Below the pieces are notes generated by a model, which was given only the letters and a program-made list of their open reading frames with translations, had not been told where the DNA came from and searched no databases. Positions 44,193 through 53,344 of a DNA stretch of 64,000 nt are shown in pieces. The translations under genes and the position numbers were made by a program. How positions within the stretch are numbered: the stretch's first letter is position 1; each line of letters begins with the position of its first letter. The stretch is from an uncultured Gammaproteobacteria bacterium (GTDB lineage Bacteria; Patescibacteriota; Patescibacteriia; HK-STAS-PATE-3), in NCBI GenBank assembly GCA_964637345.1, contig CAZWTD010000002.1:6426-70425 (forward strand), read 5' to 3'.

Positions 44193-44211
44193 GCGCAAGC
44201 TTTGCTTGCGC
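44193..44211. repeat. REP-like hairpin GCGCAAGC-TTT-GCTTGCGC (5' flank of RAYT gene)
   Basis: 8-bp perfect inverted repeat 54 nt upstream of the RAYT start, with the same core as the 43632 copy. Confidence 0.5.
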
Positions 44212-44235
44212 TTACGCTGAATGGAAGCTTGAAGT

Positions 44236-44805
44236 ATGGACGACCACGTTATCATCGTCGCTGGCGACCGGATACCCTATCGGGTTCGGATGAGTCCTTT
44301 GGCGCGAAGGATGACGCTCCGGGTGAAACCCGGCGGGGAAGTGATCGTGACTGTTCCGCGTCGCTTTGGTCAGCGGCCATTAGAGCCCTTCCTCCGACGG
44401 CAGGCTAACTGGTTACGCGCGACGGTGTTAAAGCTGCGCGCAATTCCGGTCCAGTCAAAAACCGAGGTTCGACGCGACTACCTCAAGCATCGCGAAGAGG
44501 CGAGACGTTTTGTTGAACACCGGCTCGCCTTCTACCGGCACATCTACGGATATGATCACGGCCGCATTTCCATTCGCAATCAAGAAACGCGCTGGGGGAG
44601 CTGTTCGCGATCCGGCAACCTAAGCTTTAACTATCGGATTGTGAAACTACCGCTTGAACTGGCGGATTACATTATCGTGCATGAGCTGTGTCATCGGGAG
44701 GAACTGAACCACTCTTCAAGGTTTTGGGCGCTGGTTGCAAAAGCCATTCCGAATCATCGAGCCTTACGACGGCGACTCAATCAACTTCAGCTCGCGTTCG
44801 AGTAA
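44236..44805 (+). CDS. YgjP-like (DUF45/M48-family) zinc metallohydrolase
   Basis: WGSCS...NLSFN and HELCH...NHS motifs are present. Confidence 0.7.
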   Translation: MDDHVIIVAGDRIPYRVRMSPLARRMTLRVKPGGEVIVTVPRRFGQRPLEPFLRRQANWLRATVLKLRAIPVQSKTEVRRDYLKHREEARRFVEHRLAFYRHIYGYDHGRISIRNQETRWGSCSRSGNLSFNYRIVKLPLELADYIIVHELCHREELNHSSRFWALVAKAIPNHRALRRRLNQLQLAFE

Positions 44806-44828
44806 ACGAAGAAGGAGTGAGCAGAAGC

Positions 44829-45314
44829 TCACTCCTTTGAGAGGCGACGGTACAAGGACCAGGGGAGAAGACGGAGCGGGATTTCGCGGAGCCACCACAT
44901 GAGCGGCGACCGCGTCCAGATCTGGGTTGATAGCGGGTCAAACCATCGAACTTCGGAGCCCTTCGATGGCTTGTGGATATGGGGCACAGCAAAGCCGAGT
45001 TGCCGAAGGTCCCGAGCACAGCGCCAGGCGTGCGGCGGGGCTGCGAAGAGGCTGACCGAACGCCAGCCGCGTTCCCGGGCGAGCGCCTGGAAGCGGAGGG
45101 CGATGTCGAGCGATGACAAGTAGCGGCCGGGTCGAGGCTGAATCACAGTCACGACAACGCCAGGCGACGTGATGGCGATGTCTGGTTGTGTTACAACCGT
45201 GAGGTTATTGTATGAGGCCCAGCCTCCCGCATAGCGCGCGAGGTATTGATTGGGTTTTGTTGAGCTCGGTACTCCGAACGCGAAAACCAGTACGACATCA
45301 GTCCTGGCGTCCAA
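44829..45314 (-). CDS. DUF218-like (YdcF/ElyC/SanA family) protein
   Basis: Rossmann-like pattern with HAWRCA, similar to the DUF218 HMxRA motif. Weak. Confidence 0.35.
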   Translation of the reverse strand: MDARTDVVLVFAFGVPSSTKPNQYLARYAGGWASYNNLTVVTQPDIAITSPGVVVTVIQPRPGRYLSSLDIALRFQALARERGWRSVSLFAAPPHAWRCARDLRQLGFAVPHIHKPSKGSEVRWFDPLSTQIWTRSPLMWWLREIPLRLLPWSLYRRLSKE

Positions 45315-45921
45315 GGATTACCTCCTCTATTCCGGTGTGAAGGTGCGGTACCTCGCGCCTTTCTTAGTACAAAAAAGAGGAAAAGTCAATAGAAAGGCCC
45401 CGCGCGCTGCAAGTGACAGGACCGGGAACAGAGCAGCAGCGCGCGGGGGTTCAGACGGAACGATACGCAGTTGATTTGGCTCTACCGCTTGATTCCGCGG
45501 GGCGAGAGGGTAGGATCCTCAAGGCGGCGTCAAACGGGCACTCTAAGTATAAACCTGACGGCAAAAGCGTCAAGAGAAAGCGCCGCGGCCCGTACTCAAC
45601 CACGAGGGGCTGGTTGAGTTGATGGGGCGGCCGCGGCGCTGGCTTCGTTCGTACTTGTTCGGCGTGATTCCTCGCGCAGAGGGTGGGAAACACCGAACAA
45701 GGTGCGTGGGGGTGACTACCAGGGCGGTAGTCATGTCGGCCAGGGGCTGAAGCTTGGGGACGAATCACGGTCGATGGGTCCGAAGCCGAAGCTTCGGAAT
45801 GCTGCGCGCGCCATCGGCGTTTTCGTTCCATATTCTCCAGGCCTTCCGAGCAGGAAGAGCATAGCGGAGCGGGATGACGATGTCAACGATTCTTTTAAAA
45901 AGGTGTGCTAGACTGTTGCCT

Positions 45922-46368
45922 ATGCGGGCAATTATTCAACGAGTTCAGGCGGCGACAGTTCAGGTCGATACGAGAGAGGTCGGCTCGATCAAAGTTGGGT
46001 TTTTTATTCTCCTCGGAGTGGCGACTGACGACACGGAAACCGATGCTACGTGGATGGCGGATCGAATCGCCGGATTGCGAATAATGGCTGACGAGTCCGG
46101 AAAGATGAACCGTACGCTCAAAGAGGCTTCGGGAAGTATTTTGCTCGTTTCCCAATTTACGCTTCACGCGGACGTGCGTTCCGGTCGCCGGCCCAGTTTT
46201 TTGAAAGCAGCCCGGCCTGAACTTGCTCAACCGCTCTACGAACGGGTTCGCGATTTGCTCCGAAGCGCCGGGGTACAGGTTGAAACCGGAGAGTTCGGTT
46301 CATATATGACGATTCCTGTTGTGAACGATGGACCAACAACGATCTTCATCGATTCAAAAGAAGCGTAA
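45922..46368 (+). CDS. dtd: D-aminoacyl-tRNA deacylase
   Basis: MRAIIQRV N-terminus, SQFTL, and C-terminal NDGPTT/SGRRPSF motifs. Start moved to ATG 45922. Confidence 0.85.
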   Translation: MRAIIQRVQAATVQVDTREVGSIKVGFFILLGVATDDTETDATWMADRIAGLRIMADESGKMNRTLKEASGSILLVSQFTLHADVRSGRRPSFLKAARPELAQPLYERVRDLLRSAGVQVETGEFGSYMTIPVVNDGPTTIFIDSKEA

Positions 46369-47245
46369 GGAATTTTTTCGGCGTACTCTCCTGTCTTTCT
46401 TTCGGCGAGAGGGTCGGGATTTACCGTGGAGGAAGACGCGCGACCCCTATCGCATTTTGGTTTCTGAAGTCATGCTTCAGCAGACGCAGGTCAGTCGGGT
46501 CATTGAGAAGTATCGAAATTTTCTTCGGCGTTTTCCGAGCGCTCGAATGCTTGCGAAGGCGAGTCGTGCTGATGTGATTCGGGCCTGGTCAGGACTTGGG
46601 TACAACCGTCGCGCGCTCAATCTTCAACGCACGACCCAGGAAGTCATGACCAACTATCAGGGCGTCTTTCCGCGAACCGTTCAGGAACTCGAGGCCCTGC
46701 CGGGCATTGGTCCCTACACGGCACGGGCCCTGGCGGCGTTCGCTTACGAACAGCCCGTTGCGATGATCGACACAAATGTCCGGCGGGTGATCGGGCGTTA
46801 TTTCGTCGGGCTGAAGAATGTGCCCCCCGTTCAACTTGAGCGTCTCGCGGATGCGCTCGTCAGGAAGCAACACGCTTGGGCCTGGGGGCACGCGCTTATG
46901 GATTTCGGCGCAATGGTCTGTACAGCGCGCGATCCGAAGTGCGTGACTTGTCCGCTCCAAATGACGTGTCAGGCCGCTCCGGCGATCGCCCGCTTGCGGA
47001 CTAGTGGCGGAACGCTCCCGAGAGTGAAAAAAGCCGGCGAGTCCTTTCGCGAGTCGAATCGTTTTTACCGCGGGAGGATTGTTGAGGCGCTTCGTTATGG
47101 GGCGATGCCTGAGGCTAGGCTTTGGAAGGTCTTGTACGCAGCCCATCCGTATCTCGAGCTTGTCCGCTTTACCGGTGCGGTGCGCGCACTTAGAGATGAA
47201 GGTTTTTTAGTCATTTCACGAAACAGTATCCGACTCGCTTCGTAG
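46328..47245 (+). CDS. mutY: adenine DNA glycosylase (MutY / HhH-GPD family with [4Fe-4S] cluster)
   Basis: N-terminal GRDLPWR, an HhH-GPD motif (LPGIGPYTARA), a catalytic Asp region, and a CX6CX2CX5C cluster (CTARDPKCVTCPLQMTC). No obvious NUDIX-like C-terminal domain. Confidence 0.7.
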   Translation: MDQQRSSSIQKKRKEFFRRTLLSFFRREGRDLPWRKTRDPYRILVSEVMLQQTQVSRVIEKYRNFLRRFPSARMLAKASRADVIRAWSGLGYNRRALNLQRTTQEVMTNYQGVFPRTVQELEALPGIGPYTARALAAFAYEQPVAMIDTNVRRVIGRYFVGLKNVPPVQLERLADALVRKQHAWAWGHALMDFGAMVCTARDPKCVTCPLQMTCQAAPAIARLRTSGGTLPRVKKAGESFRESNRFYRGRIVEALRYGAMPEARLWKVLYAAHPYLELVRFTGAVRALRDEGFLVISRNSIRLAS

Positions 47246-47387
47246 GGTTACGTGGGATTGACAGAGTGGCATCTTCGTGCTAGTCTTTTTTGTTTCGGTC
47301 GGATCTGTTCTGCGACCGGAACATGTACCTTTCAGATTCTACATAAGTAGATCGCCGGCAATGGGGTTGTTATGAGGAGGTCATGCC

Positions 47388-47942
47388 ATGCGTTTCATTT
47401 TTTTGCTGTTGGGACTGTGCTGTACCGCCGGATTTGTGAACGCAGAGCCGACGGTGTTCATGAGGGAAGTAGAGTTCCCGGACACCGTACTCGACACACA
47501 GGATGCATTCAAGACCTGGGTCGGAGAATACGGGGAGGTTGGTGAAGCCGATCTCAGGCTCGCTCCACCCCCCTACTACTTGGTCGTTATTGTGTCACAG
47601 AAAGCGGTCCTTCCAGATGGAACTCAGATCGTTCTTCGAAGGGCGCAAGTGTGCACGATCAAGTACGACGCATGCTATGGGGGTGTAGTCAATTTCGGCG
47701 GTGTGTATGTCGACCTATACTCCTGGTGTAGAGGCCAGGGTATAACAGAGCGAGTGAGTTTCGCAGGAGGTGGGCGCTATGTCAATCTGACAAAGGATCT
47801 TGATAGCGCCATATCAATCCTGCGCGGAGTCGGGAGCGCCGAGGAACGACTCAGCCGTACGGTCAAATACTTCACCAGTACTCCGATTGACGAACGCGTC
47901 GGGGGCGGGTGGAGTCGAGATTTTGGCCCCTGGCATCGGTGA
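47388..47942 (+). CDS. secreted hypothetical protein
   Basis: Strong SD (GAGGAGG) and signal peptide MRFIFLLLGLCCTAGFVNA. No family recognised. Confidence 0.4.
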   Translation: MRFIFLLLGLCCTAGFVNAEPTVFMREVEFPDTVLDTQDAFKTWVGEYGEVGEADLRLAPPPYYLVVIVSQKAVLPDGTQIVLRRAQVCTIKYDACYGGVVNFGGVYVDLYSWCRGQGITERVSFAGGGRYVNLTKDLDSAISILRGVGSAEERLSRTVKYFTSTPIDERVGGGWSRDFGPWHR

Positions 47943-48063
47943 TCGGCTAAGTGTTCGCTTAAACCGCGCTCCCTATTAAAGGTTGCGCGGTTTCCTTTAG
48001 TATCAGTTGATTCCAGTTTAACTGATTGCCGAGGCGCAGACGCCTCAGCTATACTCTTAGGGT

Positions 48064-49317
48064 ATGGCGTCCCGTATTTACTCGGTCAGCGAATTTGTTA
48101 CTGGTTTACGCGAGGTTCTTCGCCACACGATTGGCGTGGTGACGATTCAAGGCGAGGTCACGAATTATCGGGCCCAGCAGTCGAATCTCGTGTTCTTCGA
48201 GTTGAAAGATAAAGAGAGTTGCTTGCTCTGCTTCGGACTCTCGCATGAAGTTCGGATGAAACTCGAAGACGGGATGGAGCTTCAGGTGACTGGCTACCCC
48301 TCCTTATTCCAAAAACGAGGAAGCTTTCATTTTCGGGTGATGGAGCTTCGTCCAGTTGGCGCAGGCGCCCTCCAAAAAGCCCTTGAGGAATTGAAGCGTC
48401 GGTTGGAGGCGGAGGGGGTTTTTCGTTCCGAGCGGAAACGTCCGCTTCCGCGCTTCCCGGAGCGAATCGGTTTGATTACGTCTCCGGACGCGGCCGCGTA
48501 CACTGACGTCCTCCGCGTGCTTCAGAACCGCTGGGGAGGACTACGGGTGTTGTTTTTCCCAGTCGCTGTTCAGGGCGGGGGAGCGGCGCGCCAAATCGCC
48601 CAGGCGCTACGGGCAGCCGGTCAAGAGTCGCTCGATGCAATTATTCTCACCCGGGGTGGCGGATCGCTTGAGGACCTTCAGTCTTTTAATGATGAAGAAG
48701 TAGCTCGAGCCATTTTCGCGTCGCCAGTTCCGGTTGTGACCGGAGTCGGACATGAGCGGGATTGGACGATTGCCGACCTGGTAGCTGACGTTCGGGCGGC
48801 AACGCCATCGAACGCAGCTGAACTTCTTGTTCCGGATCGTCGCGACATTAACGCGGGAATCGACGCTATGGTCGAATCTCTGAGCGCTTCCTTCTCGCAC
48901 CAGCTCTCTCGACGCGAGGCCGATCTCACCGCACAGTTCAGCGGACTTCAACGCTCGCTCGAGACGAGGTCGCTGCGCCTCCGTTCGCTCCTTGATCGTT
49001 TTGGACGCTTTAACGTGCTTGCTCGTCAGCGCCTTATGAATCGCCAGGCTGATCTTCGAGCAGCTGTACAACTCCTCGTTCGCGGTATCCGCTCGAGCGT
49101 CGCCCGAAACCTTGTTAACCTTGACCAGCAATCACGCCTGCTCGGGTCCTTATCCCCGCAAGCTACGCTTGAACGTGGGTATAGCATTACCCGCCTGGCT
49201 GGTCAGCGCGCTCCGCTTCGAGCCGCGGGGGAGGTCCGGCCAGGGGCCGTACTCACAACACAACTAGCTGATGGATCTCTCTCTTCAACCGTAACTCAGC
49301 ACACTCATGACGACTAA
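48064..49317 (+). CDS. xseA: exodeoxyribonuclease VII large subunit
   Basis: N-terminal OB-fold (VSEFVTGLREVL...GEVTNY), a central catalytic domain, and a C-terminal coiled-coil. Followed by xseB. Confidence 0.85.
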   Translation: MASRIYSVSEFVTGLREVLRHTIGVVTIQGEVTNYRAQQSNLVFFELKDKESCLLCFGLSHEVRMKLEDGMELQVTGYPSLFQKRGSFHFRVMELRPVGAGALQKALEELKRRLEAEGVFRSERKRPLPRFPERIGLITSPDAAAYTDVLRVLQNRWGGLRVLFFPVAVQGGGAARQIAQALRAAGQESLDAIILTRGGGSLEDLQSFNDEEVARAIFASPVPVVTGVGHERDWTIADLVADVRAATPSNAAELLVPDRRDINAGIDAMVESLSASFSHQLSRREADLTAQFSGLQRSLETRSLRLRSLLDRFGRFNVLARQRLMNRQADLRAAVQLLVRGIRSSVARNLVNLDQQSRLLGSLSPQATLERGYSITRLAGQRAPLRAAGEVRPGAVLTTQLADGSLSSTVTQHTHDD

Positions 49318-49525
49318 GAAAACCACCCGCCCGACGTCCTTCGCGCAACAGTTCGCCGAGCTTGAGAAAATCACCAGCCTCTTCGAGCGGGACGATCTCG
49401 ACCTCGACCTCGCTATGAAAGAATATGAGCGGGGCTTAGAAATTGCCAAGCAGCTGAAGCTTCGCCTGAAAGATCTCGAGAATACGGTCGAGCGGCTAAA
49501 GAAAAAATTTCAGGAAAATGATTAA
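49307..49525 (+). CDS. xseB: exodeoxyribonuclease VII small subunit
   Basis: 72-aa helical protein with the XseB signature FEQALxELExIVxxLE (here FAQQFAELEKITSLFE). It overlaps the xseA stop. Confidence 0.8.
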   Translation: MTTKKTTRPTSFAQQFAELEKITSLFERDDLDLDLAMKEYERGLEIAKQLKLRLKDLENTVERLKKKFQEND

Positions 49526-49561
49526 GGTGCGTATTCGCGTACTTCAGGGTATACTGAACAT

Positions 49562-50164
49562 ATGAGACCGACTCATCGCCAAGGAAGAACCACGATCCGC
49601 TGGGGACTCCTTTTTGTCCTGGTTGTCGTTATTGCGGCGCTCGGGTGGTGGACAAACAGCCGTGAGCGAAATATCTCAAGTAACAATACCGCTTTTCCGA
49701 GTAACACAGCGAATGCCACGCGCGTTACGGTCGGGGAGAATGTGAATGCTGCTTTTTCGCTTCTCCCTGACGAAACAGTTCAGCCCGAGCCGCCGAAGAA
49801 AACCACAGCGGATTTTCCGAAGTCTGCTTCGGACTGCACGCAGGCGGACGGAAGCTGGGAGTGGCGCGATTCGCTTTGTTGGCCGAATGATGAAGCAACC
49901 TGTACGTCCTTCGATGGACTCTGGGGCGCCTATGGACTTCATAACGCAACAAGCTGCTATATACGTACCGCTGATGCCGGAAGCGTATGTAGCGATAACG
50001 ATGAGTGTCTCGGCTACTGTATCGTGAGTCCAGGTCAGATTCAGGATCAAGACCGTGATGATGAGGTGAGTAATGTGAAAGGAACCTGCACGCCACGATT
50101 GCCAGTTCGTGATTGCGTGACTGCGCTGACTGATGGGCGTCCGGCCGTTGTCTGTCCGCAATGA
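49562..50164 (+). CDS. membrane-anchored Cys-rich hypothetical protein
   Basis: N-terminal TM, an N/T-rich linker, and a C-terminal domain with 10 Cys (probable disulfide-rich extracytoplasmic domain). Confidence 0.4.
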   Translation: MRPTHRQGRTTIRWGLLFVLVVVIAALGWWTNSRERNISSNNTAFPSNTANATRVTVGENVNAAFSLLPDETVQPEPPKKTTADFPKSASDCTQADGSWEWRDSLCWPNDEATCTSFDGLWGAYGLHNATSCYIRTADAGSVCSDNDECLGYCIVSPGQIQDQDRDDEVSNVKGTCTPRLPVRDCVTALTDGRPAVVCPQ

Positions 50165-50517
50165 CATTGAGTCCTGAGCGCTTTGAGGCGCTGGTTGCTG
50201 AAGCGCTCGACGCGCTCCCGAAGCGATATCGCGATCTTCTCGAAGATGTTGCGGTTGTGATTGAAGATCGCTCGGCGCCGGAGTTGAGGCAGCGGCTGAC
50301 TCTCGGGCGTTACCATGGGGTGCCGCGGCTGATCCGGCAAGGCGTTGATCCTCTCCTCCCGGACCACATTACGCTTTTTCGTGACGACCTCCTCCAAGTC
50401 GCGAATAGCGAGGCGGAGCTAAGAAAGGAGATTGAGGCGACGCTCTGGCATGAGATTGGGCATCACCTTGGTTTTTCAGATGCAGAATTGCTCCGTCTCG
50501 AACGGAAAAAGCGTTGA
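50161..50517 (+). CDS. zincin-like metallopeptidase (DUF1025-like)
   Basis: HEIGHHLG HExxH motif at the C-terminus of a roughly 118-aa protein. Confidence 0.5.
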   Translation: MTLSPERFEALVAEALDALPKRYRDLLEDVAVVIEDRSAPELRQRLTLGRYHGVPRLIRQGVDPLLPDHITLFRDDLLQVANSEAELRKEIEATLWHEIGHHLGFSDAELLRLERKKR

Positions 50518-50551
50518 GCCTCTCCTCCCTACGTGGTACACTGTTCGCGCT

Positions 50552-51349
50552 ATGGCGGATACTGTTGAGCACATACCGGACCACCTCGTCCCGCACTACG
50601 CTCGGAAGCGCGAGCTTTTGAGGCTGCCTGAAAACACGACGCATCGCCAAATCGAAGACGCCTACCATCAGCGTTCAACGGGTCGCTATTTAGGCGATGT
50701 TATTTTTGGCGCGAACGACGGGTTGATTACAACTTTTGCGGTTGTTGCTGGCGCGGCTGGAGCGGGGCTTACTCCTACGGTTGTCCTTATCATTGGATTT
50801 GCCAACTTACTCGGCGACGGACTTTCGATGGGTCTCGGAAATTATCTCGGGAAAAAGTCGGAGCTGGCCTACCAGAGAAATCAACGCGTAAAAGAAGGCT
50901 GGGAAATTGATCACCTCCGAGAAATCGAGCTTCAGGAGATCCGCGACATTTTTTCGCGTTGGGGCTTTTCTGGGTCTGACCTTGAACGGGCCGTTACAAT
51001 TGTGAGTCAGAAACGCGAGGCGTGGATCGATATAATGATGAAAGAAGAGCTTGGAATTATCGAGGATCATGACGAGCATCCCGGCAAGCACGGAGTCGCG
51101 ACATTTTTTTCTTTTGCCGGCGCGGCATTGCTTCCCCTTTTGCCCTTTGTATTCGGGATGGAAGGGGGAGCGGCCTATGGTGCTTCGGTTGGGATTACGG
51201 CGCTGACGTTATTCTTTGTCGGTGCTTCGCGGAGTCGCTTATCGGCGATGCGTTTTTGGCGGGCCGGCGTTGAGATGCTTTTTGTCGGCGGGATAGCCGC
51301 GCTCGCCGCGTATCTTATTGGCGATATTCTTTCGCGTAGTGTACAATAA
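50552..51349 (+). CDS. VIT1/CCC1-family iron/manganese transporter
   Basis: FGANDGLITTFAVVAGAAGA VIT signature, a cytoplasmic metal-binding helical region (EIDHLREIELQE), and five TM helices. Confidence 0.7.
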   Translation: MADTVEHIPDHLVPHYARKRELLRLPENTTHRQIEDAYHQRSTGRYLGDVIFGANDGLITTFAVVAGAAGAGLTPTVVLIIGFANLLGDGLSMGLGNYLGKKSELAYQRNQRVKEGWEIDHLREIELQEIRDIFSRWGFSGSDLERAVTIVSQKREAWIDIMMKEELGIIEDHDEHPGKHGVATFFSFAGAALLPLLPFVFGMEGGAAYGASVGITALTLFFVGASRSRLSAMRFWRAGVEMLFVGGIAALAAYLIGDILSRSVQ

Positions 51350-51389
51350 TCGACTGAAGGATTCGTAAAAAGCTGAAAAGGAAAAGCGT

Positions 51390-52703
51390 ATGAAAACACC
51401 ACAAAGCCGCGCTGCACGCCGGCCGGCCGTTCGATCGACTCGGAGCAGAATAACGAAGTCGAGAATGGCCGAGCTCCCAAGTCCGCCTCGCGAATTAGCT
51501 CTTCCTCCGCCGAAGCGTTGGAAGGCGCTCTGGCGGCCCCTTGCTGTTGTTTTGATTATCGCCCTCGCTATTGCCGGTGCGCTCCTTTTTGGCGCTCCAA
51601 ATTTGTTACGTAAGGGGAGTACTCAACTGAATACGAATACTACAGAAAAGCAGGCAGCGGATACGAGTCTCGTCGCGCAGATTCGGTATGAGTATGAATG
51701 GAAAGGGGAGTCGCTTTCATCAGAAGCGGGCGATCAGCAGGTTGCGTCAACCCCGAAGGCTGTTGTGAGCGAGGGCGATGTTCGGCGGGTGAGCGCAGCC
51801 CTTGGGCTCGGCGAGGAAATTCGAACATCGGAGTACGATGCCGGGGTTATGGCCTTTGAAGCAGGCGCCGTAATGCCGAACGAGCCGCTTGATGCAACGA
51901 CCGATTCCGTTTACTCGGACCCAAACGCCTATCAATTAACCGCCTATTCAAATCAGTCGCATTACTGGTACTCGCTTCTCTCGAGCGGGACCTGGATGCA
52001 GGATCATGCCGCTCCGCTCCCTGATGAAGCTGAAGCGAAAACACTAGCCGAAGCTTTTTTCCGGGATCGAAATCTGTTGCCGAGCGATGCGGGCGGGCCT
52101 TACGTCCGGAGCGCGCAAGAACTACTCGCGTCGATTAGTGCAGAAACTGCCTCAGCGCCCGCTTTTGTCTCTGTCTATTTTACTCGACTCATTGACGGGC
52201 GCGAAGTTGTAGACGAATCCGGTACGCCACTCCCGTACCTGACCTTAGATATCGGCGGTGATCGCAAGATTCTCTCCGCCTCCGGTCCTTTCCAGATTAA
52301 CCCGTCGCTTGAGTTTTCGACTGCACCCGGTCGCTCATCGCAAGCGGCTTGGGACGGTGTTTCGGGAAACGAGTGGGGACCAGGCCGCTATTCCGGAACC
52401 GGAGATGCAACAGCTGCGCCGGTCGCGATATCGATGGATACGCTGACTCTTGCGATGCTGGCTGTTCCCGGGTCTACGGCTGATGAACGGGAGTATTTTG
52501 AAGCGGTCTACGTTTTTGGCGGAACATTAGCCGCGTCTGACGGAAGCGACTCCTACGCCTTCCATATCGTCGCGCCTGCGGTGACCGACGGTCAGTATGA
52601 AGCTTATTTGAAAGATCAAGATGCCACCACGACCGAGCCGATCGGTAGTTCGGAAAGCTCGTCAACCGAAGACGATTCCGACACCACCGTCGAGCCTTAC
52701 TAG
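51390..52703 (+). CDS. membrane-anchored hypothetical protein with acidic S/T/D-rich C-terminus
   Basis: Basic N-terminus, a TM helix (LAVVLIIALAIAGALLF), and a large extracytoplasmic domain. No family recognised. Confidence 0.35.
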   Translation: MKTPQSRAARRPAVRSTRSRITKSRMAELPSPPRELALPPPKRWKALWRPLAVVLIIALAIAGALLFGAPNLLRKGSTQLNTNTTEKQAADTSLVAQIRYEYEWKGESLSSEAGDQQVASTPKAVVSEGDVRRVSAALGLGEEIRTSEYDAGVMAFEAGAVMPNEPLDATTDSVYSDPNAYQLTAYSNQSHYWYSLLSSGTWMQDHAAPLPDEAEAKTLAEAFFRDRNLLPSDAGGPYVRSAQELLASISAETASAPAFVSVYFTRLIDGREVVDESGTPLPYLTLDIGGDRKILSASGPFQINPSLEFSTAPGRSSQAAWDGVSGNEWGPGRYSGTGDATAAPVAISMDTLTLAMLAVPGSTADEREYFEAVYVFGGTLAASDGSDSYAFHIVAPAVTDGQYEAYLKDQDATTTEPIGSSESSSTEDDSDTTVEPY

Positions 52704-53262
52704 CTCATCACCCGAGTCAGCCCCGAAGAAGAAGGATTCGGCGCGCTGGGTTTACCTTATCCTCGGCGGCTTGCTTTGCGCAGCCTTCGGACTTGCTGCC
52801 TGGTCCTTTATCCCAGGGAGCGTGCCGGAGTCCGGACTTCATTATCCGGCAGCTTTTCAGGTTGTTGTCGGCGATCGCGTTGTTGATTTTTCTTCGAGTC
52901 GGTATATGCATACCGAAGCCTGCCTCGAGACAAGTGAGGCTGAAACACCAACAGCACCCGAAGAGCAAATCGAAAAAGCTTTCCTCGTTGGGGGAGTGGG
53001 AGATATTGTGCATGTCCGGCGAGAAGGAGCGATCTGGCAAGACTTGTTTACGAATCTTCAGTATGAATTTCCCTCCCCGGTTATCGGTTTTGTGAACGGG
53101 GAGCGCGTTGATCGCATCCTCGAAATGCCGATTGAGGCGTATCAGCGCGTGGTATTCGTGAGCGGATCGTATTCCGATCTTGAAGGAAAAGCTCAAGACC
53201 TTCCGTCGCTCGATGCAATGAAGAGGGCGGTTCGGGATTCGGAGACGTGCGAAAGCAGCTGA
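52621..53262 (+). CDS. membrane-anchored hypothetical protein
   Basis: One TM (WVYLILGGLLCAAFGLAAW) followed by a globular domain. The only ATG start overlaps the upstream gene by 83 nt, so the start is uncertain. Confidence 0.3.
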   Translation: MPPRPSRSVVRKARQPKTIPTPPSSLTSSSPESAPKKKDSARWVYLILGGLLCAAFGLAAWSFIPGSVPESGLHYPAAFQVVVGDRVVDFSSSRYMHTEACLETSEAETPTAPEEQIEKAFLVGGVGDIVHVRREGAIWQDLFTNLQYEFPSPVIGFVNGERVDRILEMPIEAYQRVVFVSGSYSDLEGKAQDLPSLDAMKRAVRDSETCESS

Positions 53263-53344
53263 GATGAGCTTGAATAAACCCAAGGCTTGTTCGGTATGAG
53301 CTTTTTTTATATACTATCAGCTCACTGTCAATTTTCATTCATGT

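Larger units (their letters stand above)
43632..44211. mobile_element. RAYT-REP unit (tnpA_REP gene bracketed by two copies of the same GCGCAAGC/GCTTGCGC hairpin)
   Basis: Hairpin copies at 43632-43650 and 44193-44211 bracket the Y1 transposase gene. Confidence 0.5.

Noticed and set aside
47246-47387. Hairpin CGGTCG-N11-CGACCG and TTGACA-like hexamer in the mutY downstream region
   Set aside because: No adjacent U-tract for a terminator, and the -10 partner (TAGTCT) is poor. Too weak to call.
53263-53344. Possible terminator after the 52621-53262 gene (T7 run at about 53295)
   Set aside because: The preceding sequence does not form a convincing GC-rich stem. It may simply be an AT-rich promoter region for the ABC operon.
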